Counted from the stretch's first letter, positions 36,216 through 51,467 are shown. The stretch is DNA of 64,000 nt from Paraspadella gotoi (GCA_051294375.1 CM119263.1:8025935-8089934), one strand, 5' to 3'. Program-made: numbers and translations. The notes: generated by a model from the sequence alone, not told the origin.

Positions 36216-39200
36216 TCAAGGAGGCAAAAATTTGAGGCAAAAATGAGGTGAAGCAGATTCGTTGACGGAGCAGCAAATGTCGCCATCCTGGAATACGAGT
36301 CGACGGCAGGAAAATAGAAAATAGAAAATAGAAAGATAAAGAAAGAAGTGGAAAAATGAGAGAAAACGCGAAAAAAAAACTTTTATCTCCTTTCTTTAAA
36401 AAATCATTAGTCCTTCGCGCACGAATTGCATCTGCCAACCTTATCCTACACCTGCCCTTCCAACTAACCTTGCACCGGCAGACAATGCAATGGTTGGCGC
36501 CGATGGTCCACTCGTCCGAATCTCGATGGAAGATCTCGTGATAAACGCAGCCTTTCGTTCCAACGGGACCGTTTTCCGACCGCTAGGGGGATCAAGGTTA
36601 ATTTTTTTATTTCTTTTGTAATTTTTTTTTATTTTTCCCACACGATTTTTGCTATCCATCAATTTTTTTTCTTTTATATACATATGTACTTTATAGTTAA
36701 TTTATTACTTTTTATTTATTTATTTTTTTGTTTCCTAATTTCATTGTCTTTTTGTTTCTTTCTTCCTTTTTTCTCTTTTTCTCTTTTTTTTTTCTATCTT
36801 TCTTTCTTTTTTCACCCCCCCCCAATCTCACCCGATCGCTCTCGTTCCCGTTCCTCCGCGCCTTGATCTCGCAAGGGTTGTTGACCCGGTTTTTGACGAG
36901 GCCTGGATCGAGCATTTGAACCCCGCCGTCATCGCCGATAGAGGCACCGTTTGGAAGGCAGCGAGGGCAGCATTCTCCGCGGGGCAGGACGGGGTAGGGG
37001 CAGGAGAACGGGTGGCAGTCGATAGCCAAACAATGAACGTCACCGTTCTGAAAGGAAAAAAAAATCAATTTCCTTAAACATACTTATTGCAGAATGCTTA
37101 TCGTGAATAATTTGCAACAGTTGCATTCGCGCTTCCAGTGATAACTGAATACCATTTGCCTAGATTTAACAGTACTATTTACAATATCATAAGATAATCC
37201 TCATTTTTATACTTATGCCAGTACGTCTGTACTCACATTGCACTCGCACCGCCGGCACCGGTTATGCCAGACTTGCCCGGACTCTCGTTTCTCCCCATTC
37301 CGCAGGAGACAGCGTCGTTGATGGCGGAACCGGCATTGCGGGCAGCAAGCTTCGCTGGGGGAGCGATTGACCACGCTGCAATCGCTGGAAGAAATAATAC
37401 TTGAAACTCAAGTCTGTTTTTGTTTTTTAAATTCGGTTGAATCCATTAGAATACATTGTACATGGCCTATTTTGTTGCAAGACAACCTGCAATCCTTGGG
37501 CTTGCAGTTGATGACGCCGTTGGCACACGCGCATAAGGTGCAATGGTCAGTCGGTAGTTCCCATTCACTCCCGTTTCTATAACGATTGTCCTTGGTGTAG
37601 CAGTCTGCCGCAAAGAGGGAATGTCACGTGAGAAGCGATATGGTCAGGAATTCTTTTTTAACATTTTTGCCCGTAGAAAGTAGTCGGCACATAATTTCAC
37701 CAACATCGGAGGAACAGAAAAAGGACCTCACCCATGGTGCACTTGTCCGGTCGATTTTCCTCGGCGCATCGGCACCGGAAGCCGCCGTCAACATTGAGGC
37801 ATTCCGCCCAAGGGTCGCAGGTGGCCGAGCCATCGAGGCACTCGTCCACGTCGGTGCAGAGGCGGCCGTAGAGGTTGTCGCCCGGCTGGCTGGCGAACCC
37901 GCGACGGCATTTGCAGTGGAACCAACCTGAAAGGAGATTTATTTACAGAATTTTGAATTAATTAGCTTTACTTTTATGTCCATTTAAAAGGTCAAAATGT
38001 TAAAAATGTTCAGATTGTTCAAAACGTTTTAAATCTTAAATATTAAATATTTTTAACAGTTTTAAAGTTTCAAACAATTTGAAAATTTCTGATTGACCGA
38101 TTGATTGATTCATTACCCGGAGTGTTGACACAGATGGATTTTTCGTCGCAAGTTGGCGTCACGGCGCGACTGATTAAGGACTCGTCGCCTGGCAACGGAA
38201 ACGACGACGACGACGACGACGACGAGGACGGCGTCATGGACATCAATGAATGCCATTGTTTTTTGTACCACGGGATCGAGGAAGGAAAAGATCGCGAGAT
38301 GCTGGAAACGAGAAGAGGAGGAGGAGGAGGAGGAGGAGGAGGAGGAGGAAGAGGAGCGGGTTTGGGGAAACATTCGGTCAAAGACGAAAAGCTTTTTAGA
38401 TATATTCTTTTTTTTTCCTCGCAGAAAATTAGTATATTTTTAAATTGCGTTTATAAATCATGTTCTTTAAATAATATTCTTTAGTTTTTCACTATTCGCA
38501 TTATGACCATTGAGTCAACTGTTGCAACTGTGCCTCCTGACGCTGGCCCCAGTCAACCCCCCCCCCTTTTACCTGATTCGAGCGGGAGAGAACGAGGGTT
38601 TCGAGAATCGCGATCGAGCGAACCGGTCACGTGACCTGGACCTGACCCGCGAACGCGAGCGACCGAGTCTGTCGGAAGTGCGGAGGCGAGAGCGGCTGAG
38701 GGGGTAAGGCTTCGGCATGCTGTCGCCTGAAAAAAAAAGGGGGGAAAAGTAAGTTATCATAACGACATTTAAGGAAAAACTCATGAATTTCCAGGTTCAA
38801 ATCAACTCGATTTTATTTTGAGTAAATAAAGGTGACGGTGAGACGCACGCAGGAGTCTGAATCAATTCTACTGAAACTAAGAGAGAACTAAAGCTATTTA
38901 TAACAAAAGACAGGATCAGAGGCAAGAGTGATTTTGACAATTCCATCGTTCCTGCAAGCTGATTGGTCGGGTCCGGTTCCGTCTCGGCCAATCAGCGTTC
39001 AATGATTCTATTCAGGCGGCGATCGCCCGATTGAGATTGATCTCCTGCGATGACAACAACGAAACAACGAAAATTACAAATACAACAATAAACCACAAGG
39101 AAAACAACAACGACGACAAAGATAACAACAACAGCGGCCTGACCCAAATGATAACGGATCTTCTCCGCCTTTTCGCACTCGTCCACATCGTCTTCGCACA

Positions 39201-39294
39201 ACTCGCCCGCGAATCCGGGCGGACACGCGCATGTGTTCGGACTCGTGCACGTACCGCCGTTCTCGCACCGGTGCGCGCAGATGGCTGGGGCGAG

Positions 39295-39373
<79 letters not shown>

Positions 39374-39463
39374 TGGGGAGTTGGAGAAAGAGAGATATAG
39401 TAATTGATAATCAGGCGGTCCTTGAAATGAATAAATTAATTTAATTAACTATTAAGATAAAAC

Positions 39464-39515
<52 letters not shown>

Positions 39516-39633
39516 AAGAGAGAAGAGAGAGAGAGAGAAAGGATGGGGAGTTGGAGAAGAGAGATATAGTAATTGATAAATCAAGCGGTCCTTAGAATGA
39601 ATAAATTAAATTTAATTAAATATTAAGATAAAA

Positions 39634-39679
<46 letters not shown>

Positions 39680-42600
39680 GGAGAAGAGAAGAGGGAGAGA
39701 GAGAGAGATGTTGTCTTACGTTTACAAATTTTCCCGTCTCCACCGACGTCTCTGAAACCGGAAGGGCAGAGACAACGGAACGATCCGAGGGTGTTCTGGC
39801 ATTTAGAGAGAGGACCGCAGGAGGCGGAATAGGAGCACTCGTCCACGTCTGGTGAGTAAGGACAAGGGTAAGAAAAATAAACCTAGAATAAAAAATTAAT
39901 AATATAATCTAACGAAAATCCCCACGATGACAAAAGATTTTGAAGCGAATTCGGCATCAAAATGTTGCGCAATATCCAATTTAAATCGTTCAGAATGTTT
40001 TTTTAGCACAGTATACATAACAAATGTAATGTATAAAAAGCAACGAGACAAAAACGAGAGAAAAGTATATTAAGGCGTAACAACAATAGCAATTGAAAAC
40101 ACACACTGAGAAAAATAACAATAAAGTTCAATTGACTCTTGGTCGTGTTTGTCGTCGTCGTAGTGGTTGTTGTTGTTGTAGTTGTCGTTTTCTAAGCTAA
40201 ATTGCACCTAACCTTCGCATTCGTTTGGATTCCGCTCAGCGCGACGAAAGCCTCGACGACATTTGCAGGTGTAGCCGCCGACGGTGTTGACGCAACGCAT
40301 CCAGGACGGACAATGGAACTGTCCTCGATCACACTCATTCACGTCTGAAAAACCGCGAGAGAGAATAATTTGTGACCCTCGTAAGGTTATTGTTTATTAA
40401 ACCCGTGAAGGTGGATGCCTTACCCTGACAATGAGACCCGTTGCCGACGAATCCCCTATTGCACATGCACTGTGAGTTGTAGCCCGGAAGACACGTGGCG
40501 TTCACGTGACAAATCGTCCCTCCGTTCACGGATCCGCAGACGTTGGAATCTTTCAGTGGGAAGGCTTTGATAATGACAAGCTCAAATAGTTTGGAATGAG
40601 ACATTTTCTTTTTGAATTAATTAAAATCAATTAAAATAATTGTATTTCTGAGTTTAGAAAAAACAAACAAATTCATCTGCTCTGTTTTTTGAGTTATTCA
40701 AAAATTCAATACCAGAAAGAATAGAATCACTTGAATTCATATTTCAACGACTCACCTTTATGGGGCTGTTGCTTGCACTCCGGACAGCAGGGACTGCGGT
40801 GCTGCGCTCGTCGACAGTCGCAGCGAACCCTTCGACAATCCCGTCGAGGCCTTCCGCCCGCTCGCTGAAAGGAAAATTACACATTTTTCGATGTTTCTAA
40901 ATCTATTTCTAATTTTTTAAAGTTTCTTTTTTTTTCGTTGTTTCTGCCTTAGGACCGAATAAATAGTGTTTCAAAATTTAGATAACAATTCTTACATAAT
41001 TACATTCAGTAATCTTGCAATTTTTCATAAACTAGAAAACGAAGCAGATCAAAATTTAATCTAAAATTCATTTGAACGTTTCTGAGGCTTTACATATTTA
41101 TTTTTGGATTCCATTGACGCCCTACAAAAGGCAATTGCAAACAAAATGTGAATCGAACAATTTAATCATTTTAAGTTTTTTGGTGGGGTTTGTTCGGTTG
41201 CTAACTTTTTTGCTTTCGGAAGAAAAGTAAGGAATACTTTCATTCATTTCTGGTCGGTTTACCGTAAAACATTTGAAAAATAATTACATCGGGAATCGAA
41301 GATCAAAGTCAAGTACTAGAGAGTGGCCTAAACTCTCCCTACTTTCCGATCACATTTCAGAGAAAACAGGTATTCTCTGCCTTTGATTATTTTTAGAAGA
41401 AAACCAAACACAGGAATAAAAATGTATAGATTTAAATCTATTTCCACTAATTTAGACAACTAATATTCAACGACAGCCGATGACGTCTTTAATGGTTTTT
41501 TTATTGTCTTTATTAACTTTATTAACTGTTCCATTGAAACCGTCAAACCAAATCTAAAGTAATAAGACAGTAACTAAAAATTAGTAATTAATAATTAATT
41601 ATCTACGCGATTTGAAATAAAGATCAGGATTTTAGTTTTCGAAATAAAAATAACATTTTTTGTTTCCAATGAAAGCCATTGCAGTCGGAGATTTGGACGT
41701 CGCTGCCATCTGAGCAACCCTGCCCTCAAATTACGCCATAGTAGTGGCCACACTTTCGCCACTCCGCCATGAATCTCATTGATATTTTTTTTCTCATGTC
41801 GATGAACTTTTGTTGGTGCTACATCTACGTTTTGGTCGACGTTTGTCTCAAACTCGATTGGTTGACTTCTCTCTCCTTCATGACCATCTCTTCCAGCTTC
41901 TTCTCCGGCTTCTTGGCTTTCATCTTCCGGAAATCGCCCCTCGGCCGGGACGCCGAGTCGCCGTTATCAGCATGGCAACGCCTCAACCTTGTAGCGGCGC
42001 CCGCTGTCGAAGCTGCCTTCAAGCCCGTAGTGTTTCTGGCCGTTCGTCGCGGGATGACCGGAGACGCAGTGACGCTGTGGAATCTTAGCGTGGTTTGGGT
42101 GGCTCTGACATTGGCGTGCGCGCGCCGGAAACTGCCGGATCCGGTCGTCGCCGGCTCCGTTCTCGTTCTCACTTGCCGCGCCGTTCTTATCAGCAAGCCG
42201 AGATTGATCTTTGGCGACGACGCAAACGACGACGACGATCACGACGACACCAGATTTTCTATCCTGATGGCGCTGGTGGTTTCCTTCAGCCAGCCTACTT
42301 CATTCTGGGCAATCACGTCATCCAACGAAGCGGCGTTCATTGAGTCTCTACCACATCAACTTCTCCTTCGTCGCCGTCGTCATCATCGCCGTCGGGTGGG
42401 CGTGGCGGGCCGCTTCCGGACGCGATCGCCCATTCTCGATTGGGGCCGCTCTTGACACGGTTGGGGCGGCGCTGGTCGGCGTCTTCGATCTCCTCATGCG
42501 GCTCGGCTTTGTCTTTGCATCCCGCGGCGTCAGCGGCGACGTTATCGCCGTCTTCGCCACTCTCGAGATTCCGATCTCTTACTTGTTTTCGTTCCTCTTC

Positions 42601-43298
42601 GCCAAAGAAACGCCGGACGCTTTGGGACTTGGAGGAGCGGCGCTAATTTTCGGCGCCGTCGTCGCCATCTCGCTCAAGAAGGTCGTGGATGGGCGGGACG
42701 ACGTGGAAAAGGACAAGGACGCCACTGATTATGAATTGCGCGAAAAAGAAAATGAAGCGCTCGTCTCGGATATAAAGAGATGATAAGTCGAACATTTTGA
42801 CTATCAAATTATTGGGCAATGAACATGGGACATTGGACTATGGACAATGGACATGGCTTAAGAAACTTTATAATTAGTTTTCATCATTCATTCGTTTATC
42901 AACTTAAAATTTTAGATAGAATATTAGACATTGTGTTTCATTTCTCTTTTCGTTAGATCGTTTGATTAAAGAAGAAATTTTAAGATTTCTGAAATTATTT
43001 AAGATACATAATAATTTTAAACTTTTGATAAATATGATTATAATATGATTAAAATATAAACCGTCGTTCCCAATATCTACGAATCCTACGATTAGTTCTA
43101 AACTTCTAATAAAGAAAAAATCGTACAATACAATAACAATAAAATAGAAAAATTTCTCTCACTCACTTTTCAAGAAATTATATTTTCAATCCACAGTCGA
43201 TTTTATTGTCCTATTTTTTCATCACCCTTTTACATTTACTTTTGGGTATTTTATTTATTTTTTCTTAAACCTCCTCGCCAATTTCCCCCCCAACCTTT

Positions 43299-43346
<48 letters not shown>

Positions 43347-46300
43347 TCCCCTTCCCCCCCATTTTTTTCCCTAATCTTTCCCGTTACTGACTCCATTATC
43401 CTTTTATCTCTCCTCCATTTTTTCTCATCTCCTTTATATAATCAGTTTATCTTTTTTTATTTTTTTTTTCTCGGCCGAACAGATTTTTTCTTTCAGAAGA
43501 CTCGCTGGGAGTTCATTCATTCTTTTAGGCTTAAAGATTCTAATAAACAACTGGTAGAATACTTGAACAAGTGGTAGAATATTAGAAAATCTCATTTCTG
43601 TTTACTTTATTAGTTTACCGTCATTAAGTATCTATGTTTAATTTGTGGTATCGCTTACAATCGATAAATATTGTGATTAATATTGAAAAAAAAAAATTCT
43701 TTCCAACTGTCTCGTGGTATCTGTAAAATATTGCTGTGACATTTTGAAAGGCCGGGAGTGGGGGTTTAGAATTACAACGTCGCTTAAAAGGAAAGATGAG
43801 TGGAACCGTTCCAAAGATGTCCGAACGTCAGAATCATCATAACCAAAAGATGAAACGAAAAGCAAAACTTAGCTTTTAAAGTTGCGTCTACTTTTTTGTA
43901 ACTTTTTCCGAACTTACCATAGTACAGGTGCAGCAAAAATCTCTGATCCTCCTCCTCTCTCCGACTTTGAGCGGAGGGTACTTGGAGTCTGATCCGAAGG
44001 AGCACACCTTGGATGGAATCGCCGGTCGACGCGTCGTCGCTGTAGTCGCAAACGTTTAGTTTGTAGCAAATTTGAAAATTTATTTATGTATAAGGCCAAA
44101 AAAACAAAAAAAAACAGACGATATACAGAGATGACTGTTGATAATACTTAAAATAAAATCGCCACGGTATAGGTTAAATGACGATTTTACTTGATACACG
44201 AAGCATATCAATAATAGTAAGGGAAAGAAACAGAAGAAGCAAAAGAGAACTCACCCAGTGGCGGCGGCGAAGGACAGGCTCGTTTCTTGCAGTTGAGCTC
44301 TCCGTTGAAGCAGCGGCACGAGGAGCATGTTCCCTGAAGAAAGACAAATATTAAACTTTGTAGTCGATTACGTTTGGTGCAAGAAAACCCCGGATGTAAG
44401 TGGTGATGTAAGTCTTACCTTAGGATCTGACACGACGGAGTTGTGACTGATTTTCTTTCCCTGATGATAACAGGGAAGTTTGCATTTGCAGTCCGCCAAG
44501 TCCGTCAACGCCTGCTCTGTCTTTTCCAACTGAAATATTACAAATAGGATGGAATGGAATCAAATAACTCAAAAAATGAATATGTATGTAATACTTATAC
44601 AAACAATGTATGTATGTATGACTGAATTAATATGTATGTATGACTGTATGTATGTATGTATGTTTGACTGAATTAACTTACCCGGACTGTCATCTGCAGT
44701 ACGGTGACGCTTAGATCTTGCATCGCTCCTTTTAATTCTTGGTAGCGACCGCAAGAGGGACAGACTGTGAAAACAAAATCTTCATACTACATAAGATTGG
44801 TAGTGCCTCAATAAACCTATTTAAATATTTTTGTAAATATATATCATATTAAAATGATAGAGTGTGAAATAAAAGGAATAAAAGCTTAAGGAAAATTAAT
44901 GATACTGTGGCGAAACCTAAATTTGCCTCCCGTATAGCTTGGTAAAATTCTGTTCGTCCCATTGGCTTGGACAGCTTAGTACTCGTTCACCAACCGTGAG
45001 TTCCGTCTTTAATCCCCTTACGGTCACGCTGGTTAAGTGGTCTTGGAATAAACTCGACAGTCACTGCAGGTCCAAAGCCCAGAGCGCCAGCTGTCGCGAG
45101 ATGCCTCACACCCTGCGCATCATTCACGTCTCCCCGATGGCATAATACTTTGAATCGGCGAATCAAAGCATTAGATAAAGTCCCGACCGACTGAAGATCC
45201 TTTGAATCCTCACCCGAGAGCGCGGCATCTAAGAGATCGTTGACCTTCTTCGTCTGCAGCAAGACGGCGTTGGGCGAGGGGCTCCGCGACTCTTTGTCTA
45301 GCAGCACCGATTGGAAGTTTCGACGAGGCGATCGACGGATGGCGGAGGTCGTCGTTCCCGTTGAAACGAGGAACATCAAGAGGACGAAATGAAAACTTGT
45401 CGTCGTCGTCGTAGTAGTATTTCTCGATCGACGTCGTCTGCTACGAAGCCAAAAATTCCGCGGTTTAACCGACGTTGCGACAGAGAGAGTGGCCGGTCGA
45501 AACGCGCGGCGCTTGACCCGCGGCGCGTACGATCGACTGTTTTCGTGCCAACGAAGAGCCGCGTTGCCGAAGCACCGCACGTCGTCAAAAAGCTCTCGTC
45601 CGTTGTCACAGCGGTCGCCTCCGTTGTTAAGCCGTTCGCGTCCGTCGCTAGGGCCTTTGATAGGGCGGTCGCCACTATTCCTCAAGGTTCTGCCAGACGT
45701 TTTAGATCTACCAGGGCAAAGGTTGGAAAAAATTTGAAAGAAAAAGGACGCGATGGCGATGAAACAAAGAGGGAGTTTTCGAGTCGAGTAAAGTTGGTCG
45801 AGTTGAGTCGAGTTGAGAGGTTGTATCGAGTGATGACAGCCGTTTTGGGTCGAGTTGAGAGGCCGAAATTGGTAGGAGTAGAGATGAGATGGGGTCGAGC
45901 TGAGATCGCGAGGCGGGAGGGAAGAGTAAGGTTCGCTCTGATGAAGAACTGAGTCGCGGAAGTGAAGATTTGAAAATGAAGAGTTGAGATGAGATTCGTA
46001 GAAAGGGATTCGCCCTCTCGTCGGGCAACGAACTCGCGAAAAGTTGAGAGCTTGCGAGTTGTCGATTGTAAAGTTGGTCCAATGGCAGATAGAAAGTATG
46101 TCGGCCGAGGGGAGGGAAAGTGAGTCGCTAAAACTCCCATAAAATGAGTCGCATGAATCGAAAAGGCAGGAATTGGTCGAACAGCTCACGGAAAAGTTAA
46201 AATAGACAAGCCACGAACCCGTTGGGGCAATAACCGCGTTGTTATGGCTGTTCAAAGAACAGGAATGACTAACGTGGAAGTGAATAGAGATATTTGCACC

Positions 46301-47805
46301 GGAGTTGGTCGTAGAGAGGCAAAAATATTTTGGAGAGTATTCAAGTAATGTTGATGATGATGATGATGACAATGATGAAGATGAAACGTTTCTATCTAAA
46401 TTGCGTTGGATAATAAAAATAGTTTTTTTGAAAAACGCCGACGCACTGCCGGGTAGAGGCGACGCACTGCCGGGTAGAGCTGACGCGCAAAGTCGCCCCG
46501 ACGCTTTCAGTCTGTCACCAGCAGCGTCGGAATTGGCGCCACTACATCTGGAGTGGCGACAGAGGCGGCGTGGCGCAATATCACAGTTTCCGTCATCGTC
46601 CGACTGGAGGGAAAGGGGTGGCGGCAAAGGCATCGTCGTCGTCGTCGTTTTCGTCGTCGTCGTCCGGAAAATCCCTAAAATCGCCGGCGTCAGAATCCAG
46701 GATAAAAAAGGGAAGGAAATTAGAAAATCCTTTTGGAGGAAAATCCAGTTCGACTTTTGGTGAACCTCAGATTCGCAATGTGAACCGAGAATCCGCCAAC
46801 GTCTTTCCTCCACCTCCGCCTCATTCTTTTTCTCCCACCTCTCCCTCTTTTCTTCCTCCGTTCTTTTCTTCTTTTCCTCCAGCCTCTCCCTCTTTTCTTC
46901 CTCCATTCTTTTCTTCTTTTTCTCCCACCTCTCCCTCTTTTCTTCCTCCATTCTTTTCTTCTTTTCCTCCAGCCTCTCCCTCTTTTCTTCCTCCATTCTT
47001 TTCTTCTTTTCCTCCAGCCTCTCCCTCTTTTCTTCCTCCATTCTTTTCTTCTTTTTCTCCCACCTCTCCCTCTTTTCCTCCTCCATCCTTTTCTTCTTTT
47101 CCTCCAGCCTCTCCCCTTTCCCTTCCTCCTCCGCAACCCTTTCGTCTTCCTCCGTTCTCTCTTCTTTTCCTTCGTTTTGTTTGTCGATGTCCAAATCTTT
47201 TCTTTTTTCCATTTCCATTTTCTTTCCTTTCTCCTCCGGACCTGCCTCCCGTTTTTTTCCTCGCTCCTCTCTTTTTTCGGACTCAATCTTTTGGTTCTTT
47301 TCTCTGACGCCCTCCGGTCCTTCTTTCTCCTTTCCTTTTTTCGTACTGTCAATCGTCTTACTTTTTGATTTTTGTAATTGCCCATTCCTTCTCGCTTTCG
47401 TACATTTCTCTTCGTCTTTCTTTTCTTTTTCTTTCTCTTCTTTTCTTTTTGACTTTCCCCTTTTCTCCTTTTCCTCCCTTTTCTCCAATGCGTTCGGATC
47501 TTCTCTCTCCTTTTCGTCTTTTCTTTTCGATTCCATTTCGGTAACGGACGAGTTTTTCGCTTTTCCTTCTCTTCTCTCGATCTCGGCGCTGAAAGTCTGC
47601 GTCGTCCGGAACGTCGAGTTTTTCCGGCGCTTTTGCCGAGTCTCTGATCTTCTCCCGGCGTCGTCCTCGACTCGTTCGTGCGCTCCCCAAATTCGGCGTC
47701 GATCGATAATGACGCCGCTTAGGATTCGACGTCGTTTTCGATAAGGCAAAAGCGGCGTCGTATCGCGAGGGCGACGATTCCTTTGGGGAACGATTTTCGA
47801 GGGAA

Positions 47806-47843
<38 letters not shown>

Positions 47844-48490
47844 TTGGATCCTCCGTCCCCGCCCTTCACTCCGTAATCTCTTCCCGATTCGCCGTCTCCT
47901 CCGACGCGGCGTCCATGGTCCCCGGCGTCGGGGTCGTCGTCCGCGTCGTCGTCCCCGCCGTTACGCCCCACTTCCGGTTCGCGGGGCGTGGCGCCGGTAA
48001 CTTTGGTTTTTCTCTTCCATGGGCGTCCTTCCCTGGCGCGGCCGGCGGTCCATTCATCACGCGCCGCGCACGCGATATAAAAAGCGGGCGCGCCGGTCTG
48101 GCTCGTGCCGCGAGACCGCGTGCGCGCATGAACGCTTCCGGGAGACCGCGCGCGCGGATGCGAACACGCCGGACACGGGGGAGGGCGGAACGGAGAAGAG
48201 AGGGAGGAAGGAGGGAAAGAAAAGAGAGGATGGGTGAGTGAAGAAAGAAGAGGCGAGAGAAATAGGGGCGGGTAAGGAAAGGTAGGATGCGGAGAGTCGG
48301 TCGTAGGAGGGTAAGGAAGGAACGAAAGGTAAAAGTAGACACCGCGGCGGTCAATCCAGTTTTGGCCCATGAACTCCTGACTTGGCGGCGGTGGCAGCGT
48401 AGACGGATGCGGCGACGGCGGCGGCGGGATTCGCGTCACTGTCTGCCGCGTTTCAAGCGTCGCTTTTTGACGAGAATGACCCGACGTCAT
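36216..48490 (-). CDS. NELL: NELL-family (NELL1/2-like) protein: coiled coil, vWC, 6 EGF, 3 vWC; atypical N-terminus
   Basis: Exons ~44680-44765 (CPSCGRYQEL... coiled coil), 44419-44530, 44255-44333, 43918-44040, 40757-40865, EGF exons 40424-40550, 40213-40345, 39720-39848 and ~39145-39283, then 38572-38726, 38118-38301, 37732-37926 (GWFHCKCRRGF...DVDEC), vWC exons 37487-37604, 37235-37385, 36830-37047 and 36470-36582, and last exon 36216-36287 (DGDICCSV...stop). The order matches NELL. The true start within ORF 44987-48490 is uncertain. Confidence 0.88.
41769..42783 (+). pseudogene. Intronless SLC35G-like (EamA/DMT) transporter nested antisense in a NELL intron, with one frameshift near 42335
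   Basis: ORF 41769-42455 (GDAVTLWNLSVVWVAL...VLISKPRLIFG) and ORF 42340-42783 (VIAVFATLEIPISYLFSFLFAKETPDALGLGGAALI) are the two EamA halves in different frames. No usable intron spans the junction. This is either a pseudogene or a sequence error. Confidence 0.7.
46830..47125 (-). repeat. 45-bp coding tandem repeat (EEKKKRMEEEKRERL/W, ~6 copies)
   Basis: In-frame repeat within ORF 44987-48490. Confidence 0.9.
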
Positions 48491-48877
48491 CGTCTGTCCA
48501 TTCGCATAAATTCAAATCTGTTTGCATTTTTTTGTTAATTTTAAAATGGTAATCTGTTTATGCGTTTGTTAATTCCTAAGGAAAAAGAAACAAAAGCGTT
48601 AGAATTAATTATAAAAAAAAAGTTTTGTCGATTCTTTTTCTTTTGATCCCATCGACATAAATTAAAAGAAAAGCGACAAAAAAAGTAAATTAACTCGAAC
48701 ATAAGGTGAAAATTAATATATTCTAATTTTAAACATAGTAAATGAAAGAAAACTTTTGATATTGGTTGTAAGAATTTCATACAATACAATATTACTAGGA
48801 ACAAAGTTTAACTACGAGCAAAATTTGAACTCAAGCTCACTGCCTGGCGCGCGATACCGAGATGGCATGAAAACGTA

Positions 48878-49395
48878 GTGAAGTGAAGTGAAGTGAAGTG
48901 AAGTGAAGTGAAGTGAAGTGAAGTGAAGTGAAGTGAAGTGACGTGAATTTCAATAAAGTGTGGTAGAGTGAAGTGAAGTGAATATAAATAAAATGAAGTA
49001 TAAGTAAAGGGAATTTAAATTTAGTGATTTAAAATGAAGTGAAATGAAGTAAGTTTAAGTAAGTATAATTCAAGTGAAGTGAAGTAAAGAGAAGTGAAAA
49101 AAAGATAATTTAATTGAAGTGAACTGAAATAAAGTAAAGTGAATACAAATGAAGTGAAGTAAAATAAAGGGAATAGAAGGGGTGTGAGGTGAAGTGAAGC
49201 AAAGTAAAGTTTGTGAAAGTTAGGGAAGTTTTGAATGGTGAAGGGAAGTTTAATTAAATAAATTGAAGTAAATTGAAGTGAAGATAATTAATTTGAAGGG
49301 AAGTGAGTTTAAATGAGGTGAAGTAAGGTGAAGTGAAAAGAAGGTAAGTGAGGTGAAGTCAACTGAAACAAAGTGAAGTTTGTCTAGTGAAGTGA
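48878..49395. repeat. (AGTGA)n pentamer satellite, perfect then degenerate
   Basis: Perfect agtga run at 48878-48940 that decays downstream. Confidence 0.9.
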
Positions 49396-50073
49396 TGATT
49401 ACTTGTTTCACTATTTTAAGTTTTAGATTTTATAATATTTATCAAAATTATTTATTATTTGTCGCGGACATTGACGAAGTTCAAGCCCCAAACACGTCCC
49501 TTTGCTTCAAGATGAGGCTAAAGTAGTTATTAATAGTCATTTTCAGCCCACTTGGCGTCTTATCCACAGATTGAACTGTTTCGACGAGAAGTCTATTAAA
49601 GTATAAAAAATGATATGAGTTTATCAAAGTATGTAAAAGAAATTTCGAAAATCTAGAACAGTGAGATGAACCAAAATTAATTTGGTTAGTGAGTTGAAAC
49701 GAAATTCACTTTCATATGATGATAAATTTCCGAGAAAAATGCGCTGAGTTTCTCCCAATTTCCATTGTCGTTTTTTTTTTTCAATGTTTATTTTGAATTC
49801 TGCCTTTAAAAAATAAAGCTGTTTGGGACACGTGCCAATTTTTTCTGCTTTTTTTATTAGTTATTTTCTTCTAGTTCCATGTGAGGCCAAAATTGCGAAA
49901 GCATTGCTCCAAAAATTGGTCCGAAGTTTTGCTAAAAANNNNNNNNNNCCCTTTTCGGAGGAGATTAACGTCGAAAAAAAAATGCGTTGAGAGTGAAGAA
50001 GGCATGCGAATCACACGCAGTCACATGTAGGTGCGTTCGGCGGTTTGGGATATTTTCCGAAACCGTCTAGCGT

Positions 50074-51467
<1,394 letters not shown>

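Noticed and set aside
38930-39046. Additional NELL exon
   Set aside because: The segment is GC-rich with an acceptor-like site, but all three frames hit stops and the flanking exons join in phase without it.
48076-48084. Plus-strand TATA box (TATAAAAAG) for an unannotated gene
   Set aside because: No downstream plus-strand coding exon is recognisable before 52991, and the motif lies within the GC-rich part of the minus-strand ORF.
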